Assembly: GCA_963675785.1 (NCBI GenBank)
Contig: OY776562.1
Coordinates: 288,001 to 352,000, forward strand
From: Anaerolineae bacterium
GTDB taxonomy: Bacteria > Chloroflexota > Anaerolineae > UBA1429
Length of the DNA stretch: 64,000 nucleotides
Direction: 5' to 3'
Below, piece by piece: positions 58,679-64,000 of the stretch (its first letter is position 1; each line of letters starts with the position of its first letter). Position numbers and translations under genes: made by a program. The notes below the pieces were generated by a model. The model worked only from the letters and a program-made list of their open reading frames with translations, did no database searches and was not told the origin of the DNA.

Positions 58679-60565
58679 ATGGAACTGACTTATTCGGATT
58701 ATCTCGACAAAATTCTTGGTGGCTGGATAGGCAAATGCGCTGGTGGTGCCATAGGTGCGCGGTTTGAGGGCAACAAGAGCTGGATTGAGATCGCACCGGA
58801 GGAGATGTTTCCCGAGGTGATGCCGCCTAACGACGATCTCGACCTGCAGATCCTCTGGCTCAAAGTGCTGGAGGAAAAGGGCGCTGCCATCACCTCCGAC
58901 GACATGGCCCAGGCCTGGTTGGAGGGCTGCTGGTATCCTTTTAATGAGTACGGCATTTTTCGGCAGAACTGGCAATTGGGCATTCATCCGCCCATGAGCG
59001 GGCGCTATGCCAATCAGTTTTGGGAGACGGGAGAGGGTTGTCCCATCCGCTCCGAGATTTGGGGCTATGCGTTTCCTGGCGCGCCCGACTTGGCTGCCTA
59101 TTACGCTTCGCTCGATGGCACGCTGGACCACACCGAGCAGTCGGTAGGTGCCGAAATGATGCTGGCGGCTATGGCCTCAATGGCCTTTTTCGTGCCCGAT
59201 GTGCGTCGTCTGACCGAAATGTTTATCCATTACCTGCCCGAAGCCTCGCCCATCGAGCGGATGACCCGCGCGGCTTTTGATTTGTATGATCGCGGCGTGC
59301 CATTGCGCAAAGCCCGTGAGCGCATCATGCTGATGGCTGGCTACCCTGAAGCCTGCGATTCTCAGATCAATATTCCCTTTACCTTCTTGGGGTTGCTCTA
59401 TGGTGAAGGCGATATCGTCGAGACCATGCTGACGGCACTGCGTTGCGGCTATGATACCGACTGCACTCTGGCTACTGCTGCCGCGTTGGTGGGACAGATT
59501 TTGGGCGCCAGCCGCATTCCAGAGAGCATCAAGCGCGCTGTGGGTGAAGAGCTGGTGATGGGCATTCAGTACACACGCCCCGAGATGACCATTTCAGCCC
59601 TGGCCCGCGATACAGCCCGTATGGGCGTGCTGCTCAGTGAGCAATCTGAGACCGGTGTGGTGATTGTGGGTGCTCCCGTCTTTGAGCCTCTGCCTGAGGT
59701 GGAGGTAACGCCTGCTATTTCCATCGAGTACGATGACCTGCCGGCTGCTGCGCCAGGTGATATTGTGGGGATAACCGTCGTCATCGAAGGCGCCAAGGGA
59801 CGCGTGGCAACCCTTGCTGTGCCTGAGGGCTGGACGGCCATCCCTGCGCAATTTGCTGTGGATTGCGATTCGCTGGCCAAGCAGGTGTTGCTTTGTGCCG
59901 ATGCTGAGGCTACTGTGTGGCCCAAGCGTCACCTCTTTAAAGTGCGAGTCGATGATTGCGATCCCTATGCTTTTGGTATCGCCGGGGCCGACCTGTGGGC
60001 TCTGCTGGGCGTTGGTTATGATGCCGTGCCGCCTGAGGGGGATATAGTAGCCGAACAGCGCCGCTTCAATCAGCATTATATCTCGCTAAAGCGCGAATAC
60101 CTGGCCGAGCCGGTAACTGATATCGTCGCCAAGTTTGCGGACATGTCCGAGCGCTTGGGTATGCCCGCTCTTGTGCCTTCTTACGAGCGTGAAGTTGATC
60201 CCAGCGTAGCTGTTGGCTTGCGAGGGCCGCTGGTAGCCTACCTAGCGCGTACGGTGATCTCGCCTGACGAGCGCGACGTGTTCATAGGGGTGGGCAACAC
60301 CGATGGCTATCGCCTCTGGGTGAACGGTGAGCTAGTCGGCGAGGCCAATGAGACCGTGTGGTGGACGCCATTTAATGGTCAACATGCCGCTCATTTTGTG
60401 GCCGGCGACAACGAGATTGTGCTCAAGATGATGCGTCCGCGGGATGAGGTGCAGTTTACCTTGGCCATTCGCGAGGACAACCGCGCCTCGGACACCCCCT
60501 TCGCCAAGGGCTTTAACGCCGCCGATTGGTGTGTGGATTTGGCTGACCGCGTGCCGGGCAAGTAA
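58679..60565 (+). CDS. ADP-ribosylglycohydrolase-family protein with C-terminal beta-rich domains
   Basis: GWIGKCAG, PNDDLD, IRSEIWG..PG, CGYDTDC. Confidence 0.85.
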   Translation: MELTYSDYLDKILGGWIGKCAGGAIGARFEGNKSWIEIAPEEMFPEVMPPNDDLDLQILWLKVLEEKGAAITSDDMAQAWLEGCWYPFNEYGIFRQNWQLGIHPPMSGRYANQFWETGEGCPIRSEIWGYAFPGAPDLAAYYASLDGTLDHTEQSVGAEMMLAAMASMAFFVPDVRRLTEMFIHYLPEASPIERMTRAAFDLYDRGVPLRKARERIMLMAGYPEACDSQINIPFTFLGLLYGEGDIVETMLTALRCGYDTDCTLATAAALVGQILGASRIPESIKRAVGEELVMGIQYTRPEMTISALARDTARMGVLLSEQSETGVVIVGAPVFEPLPEVEVTPAISIEYDDLPAAAPGDIVGITVVIEGAKGRVATLAVPEGWTAIPAQFAVDCDSLAKQVLLCADAEATVWPKRHLFKVRVDDCDPYAFGIAGADLWALLGVGYDAVPPEGDIVAEQRRFNQHYISLKREYLAEPVTDIVAKFADMSERLGMPALVPSYEREVDPSVAVGLRGPLVAYLARTVISPDERDVFIGVGNTDGYRLWVNGELVGEANETVWWTPFNGQHAAHFVAGDNEIVLKMMRPRDEVQFTLAIREDNRASDTPFAKGFNAADWCVDLADRVPGK

Positions 60566-60660
60566 AGACCACTAATATTGACAACAGGCTCCGTATTCTG
60601 GGATTGGCTTTGCCTCCAGAATGCGGAGCCTGTTCTTGCTTTGGGATCTGGTTGTTTGAG

Positions 60661-61449
60661 CTAGATGCAGTCGATGACCCAACCAAGTCGCACCAAACGC
60701 TGTTTGAGTATCTCTAGCACTTTGGAACTCAGACCAAGCTCGTCTTCAATATTCTCCAGATCTTCTATGGTGCCATAGCCTCCTAAAAAGGCGTTAACAC
60801 GCATGACAGCCGTAGAGTTGATATAGTCCTGCAAATCAGGATAGATGGCCATGAATTCTGCATCTACAGGTCCTAGGTTTCGCAAACGGAACTTTTGGTG
60901 ATAACCCTCGGCCAGGTAAAAATGATCTAGTGGTTCGATAGCTGTGGCAAAGGATGCGCCTCGTAGCTCTTCTTGAGCCGCTAGGCTGTCCTTAGCAATT
61001 TGTCGCTGTTCCTCGTTAGAATAGAGGATGGCCGAGCGATATTGCACCGAACCGCTGGCGACAGTAGGGTCGTGCCCTTGCCAGAATACGTCCAGCAATT
61101 CCTCATAACTGATGACCGTCGGATCATAATCGATCTGGATCGTCTCCGAGTGATCCCCCAGGCTGTAATAAGTGGGGTCGATTGTTGTGCCGCCTGCATA
61201 GCCGACGCGCGTGCGGATGACCCCGTCGAGACTCCCGAACCGGGAGTCAGGCCCCCAGAATCAACCCATAGAAAAAGTAGCTGTCTCGTAATCAGCAGGC
61301 ATGTTACGATCGATTTCAGGTATTTCTCGTTCCGTATTCACTGATATCAACTCCTCATTAGACGAACAGCCACCAAGTGCCAGAGATGATATACCAAGGG
61401 CTGCAATGATGGCGATGATGTACCAGGGAAAACGTACTATGGATGCCAT
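60661..61449 (-). CDS. msrA: selenocysteine-containing peptide-methionine (S)-S-oxide reductase, lipoprotein (262 aa, Sec at TGA 61261-61263)
   Basis: reading through TGA gives ATFSMG-U-FWGPDSRFG..GVIRTRVGYAGG..PTY..GDHSETIQIDYDP..QYRSAI..FYLAEGYHQK; lipobox LGGC. Confidence 0.92.
61230..61248 (-). promoter_or_regulatory. candidate bacterial SECIS hairpin
   Basis: GACTCCCG-GTT-CGGGAGTC starting 13 nt 3' of the UGA. Confidence 0.75.
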
Positions 61450-61829
61450 ATCTCACCTCACTATCGGTATGGACTATCAAGTCTATTATTTTAATGATAC
61501 CACAGCTTGACATAAAAGTGAAGTAAGAATTTAGAGCGAAACTGAACAGACGCTTAACAAGACAGTGACTCAGCTTGAACTAGCCTGACCTACAATAATC
61601 GTGTGGGGTACTAGAGATTCGTGGAGAACTCGGTCGTGATTATAGATGTTGGTAGCGTGTATCTTTCGAGTCGACACGGTGAGATGCGCACAGTCTTGTT
61701 GTTGTCCTCGGCTGCCTTGGCTTGACACTCTTGCAGATATCGGCATTTTTGGGGATATCATGCGGTCAAACAAGCATTGCGGCTAGATCCGATTACCGCG
61801 CTGGGTTATAAATGGGGAGGAGGGTATAT

Positions 61830-62324
61830 ATGAAGAGACGGGTCGTTGTTATTGCTATTTGTATAATTGTTATTTTATTGGGTTTTTCTGCCTATTTTTT
61901 ATACGCCGATCTAATTTTTGGCGAATTGGGCACCACATCAACAACGACCGAGTTTTCCGACCTGGCCAAGTTAGCCTATGGTACTGTAGCACTGGGAGAG
62001 ACCGAGTACGCTGTAACCACAAAAGATGCCCAGAGTCTGCTAAATCTTTGGGAAATGACACAGGTACTTGCCTCGGATGACACAACAACTGAGGCCGAGA
62101 TTGAGGTAATGTGTCAATCGATCGAGTCGGCAATGACGGAAGAACAGCTGGCTGCTATTGAGGTTCTCAAGCTGGATTCTAGCACAGCTCAAGATTACAT
62201 CTTGAGTAATGGAACCACTGATACGAATGATCTTTTAGATGAAGAGAGTGCTGATTCGCAAGCTGTGAGTACTGTTATCTCTTACCTTCAAGGTATTCTG
62301 AGCATGGAAACTACGACTCCATAG
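61830..62324 (+). CDS. hypothetical membrane-anchored acidic protein
   Basis: GGAGG RBS, N-terminal TM, helical acidic domain. Confidence 0.65.
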   Translation: MKRRVVVIAICIIVILLGFSAYFLYADLIFGELGTTSTTTEFSDLAKLAYGTVALGETEYAVTTKDAQSLLNLWEMTQVLASDDTTTEAEIEVMCQSIESAMTEEQLAAIEVLKLDSSTAQDYILSNGTTDTNDLLDEESADSQAVSTVISYLQGILSMETTTP

Positions 62325-62487
62325 GAGAGCACCACGACCTATGCAGTGTGGCGATATAGCTTTATTAGGGAAAAAGTATTGCGATGGGCTGGTGGCATAA
62401 TTATGCCGAAATGCCAGCAAATTCGTTGTTTTTATGCGAGAACAAAATTGTGGGATTGTGGCCCGGCGACGTTGCCGGGCCGAGGAG

Positions 62488-62527
62488 AAAAGAGGAGCAG
62501 CACCTTGCCAGATGCTGCTCCTCTTTT
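62488..62527. terminator. bidirectional intrinsic terminator downstream of amt
   Basis: AAAAGAGGAGCAGCA-N10-TGCTGCTCCTCTTTT. Confidence 0.8.
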
Positions 62528-62530
62528 GTA

Positions 62531-63832
62531 CTATTCAACAAATTCGGGGTAAGACTCAATGCCGTGGTAGGCAATGTCGATACCGGATTCCTCAACCTCG
62601 GGGGCCACACGCAGGCGCATGGTCTTTTTGATGATGTAGAACATGAGGAAAGAGACCGGTAGTACAAAGCCCATGGCGGAGACGACGCCCAGTGCCTGGA
62701 CACCGAGCTGGTGCCAGCCGCCACCGTAAAATAGGCCGGTTTCAGTGTGGAAAAGGCCGATAGACAATGTTCCTAAAATGCCGTTGAGACCGTGAACTGG
62801 AAATGCGCCAACAGGATCGTCGACCTTGATGACTTCCATAAGTTGTACACCATAGTAGACAACAAAACCAGACATCACGCCGATGAGCAGAGATACTGCA
62901 GGGGTGACAAAGGCGCAGGGTGCGGTGATAGCAACCAGGCCAGCTAGAGAACCATTGAAGGCCATGCTAACATCCCACTTTTTGGTAAAGATGTAAGAGA
63001 GGAAAATGGCCGTAATAGCGCCCGTTGTCGCTGCAAAGTCCGTGTTGAGCGTAACCAAGGCGATGGCGTAGGGATCGTCTGCGCTGAGTGTGCTACCCGG
63101 GTTAAAGCCGAACCATCCGAGCCAGAGAATGAATGTGCCCAGTGCCGCGATGGTAATATTGTGACCTTTGATAGTTTCGCCAAAGACCTTATCCTTGCGC
63201 TTGCCGAGCATGATGGAACCGGCAAGGCCAATACAAGCACCGACGAGGTGAACGACTGTGGAACCGGCAAAGTCGAGCATGCCCAGCTCGGCAAGCCATC
63301 CACCATTACCCCAGATCCAGTGTCCGACGATTGGATAGATGAATGCACCTGTGACCAAACTGTAAACGAGGTCGGCTTTAAAGTCGGTACGTTCTGCCAT
63401 GAGACCAGAGGCGATAGTTGATGCTGCTGCCGAAAAAGCGAACTGGAAAAAGAAAAAGGCATAAGCGGGGAGACCGGAAACTTGTTCGGGCATACCTTGC
63501 AAGAAGAACCACTGATGGCCAGCGAAACCTGAACCTGCACTGAACATAATGCCAAACCCCACGGCCCAAAAGCCGATGGTGGTCATGGTCGTATCCAAAA
63601 AGTTCTCAGCCATAATGTTCACAGTGTTCTTGGAGCGCACGAATCCGGCTTCGAGAAAACCGAATCCACATTGCATAAAGAACACCAAGAACCCCGCGAT
63701 GATCACCCACACGGTGCTTATAGATAAGGACACATCAGCGAGCTCTGTCGCTGCACTTACTGCTAGGGGATTTAACATGGTAATAATCCCCATTATCAAA
63801 AGTGTGCGTTTCAGCCATGGCTTGTTTTTCAT
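62531..63832 (-). CDS. amt: ammonium transporter (Amt family)
   Basis: FMQCGF, DFAGSTVVH, WFGFNPGS, DDPVGAFPVHG; AGGAG RBS before ATG 63832. Confidence 0.95.
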   Translation of the reverse strand: MKNKPWLKRTLLIMGIITMLNPLAVSAATELADVSLSISTVWVIIAGFLVFFMQCGFGFLEAGFVRSKNTVNIMAENFLDTTMTTIGFWAVGFGIMFSAGSGFAGHQWFFLQGMPEQVSGLPAYAFFFFQFAFSAAASTIASGLMAERTDFKADLVYSLVTGAFIYPIVGHWIWGNGGWLAELGMLDFAGSTVVHLVGACIGLAGSIMLGKRKDKVFGETIKGHNITIAALGTFILWLGWFGFNPGSTLSADDPYAIALVTLNTDFAATTGAITAIFLSYIFTKKWDVSMAFNGSLAGLVAITAPCAFVTPAVSLLIGVMSGFVVYYGVQLMEVIKVDDPVGAFPVHGLNGILGTLSIGLFHTETGLFYGGGWHQLGVQALGVVSAMGFVLPVSFLMFYIIKKTMRLRVAPEVEESGIDIAYHGIESYPEFVE

Positions 63833-64000
63833 TCTGCGGCTCCTGTTTCTGATACCAACTGACAATCATCCGAGTTTTTTGGCGCCGTTGCCGCATTGAA
63901 CTGAACGCGGCGTTGATGCAGGACAAACATCCTGCGCCCAACGCCGCGCCCAGTTCACGTCTCTATGAACTACACGTTACCATAGTGTAGTTCCAGCCTG

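Noticed and set aside
61261-61449. Separate 62-aa lipoprotein plus a 145-aa truncated MsrA
   Set aside because: Both are one in-frame gene interrupted by a Sec codon
1-64000. CRISPR array, rRNA, IS/transposase, prophage genes
   Set aside because: No regularly spaced repeats or corresponding protein motifs seen

Overview
64-kb chromosomal window from an anaerobic, probably monoderm heterotroph. The gene repertoire (RACo/DUF4445, UroD-like, Ogl-like propellers, RIO1 kinase, Pro/Thr-rich lipoproteins, FemX) suggests Chloroflexota/Anaerolineae; this is inference only. Layout: housekeeping block (DUF1858, methyltransferase, RACo, yvcK, gap, femX, two-component pair, ftsB-like, two tRNA-Met); accessory block (~9.4-31 kb: SDRs, GT2, RNase II, heterodimeric ABC exporter, two AT-rich nuclease-like genes, tandem Ogl-like paralogs); then lipid, nitrogen, metal and glycan-catabolism genes. 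Main observations: (1) a 1,282-bp integrase-less cassette with one PD-(D/E)XK nuclease gene, bounded by a duplicated ABC-gene 3' end plus terminator with an attL/attR-like mutation pattern; (2) a 17-aa leader-peptide attenuator upstream of a RIO1 kinase; (3) a dual-hexaloop ANTAR-type antiterminator upstream of a peptide-type ABC/acetamidase operon, with related hairpins upstream of amt; (4) a selenocysteine MsrA lipoprotein that the ORF track splits in two. No CRISPR array, rRNA, integrase or transposase was seen. All family calls come from motif recognition by eye, not database searches.
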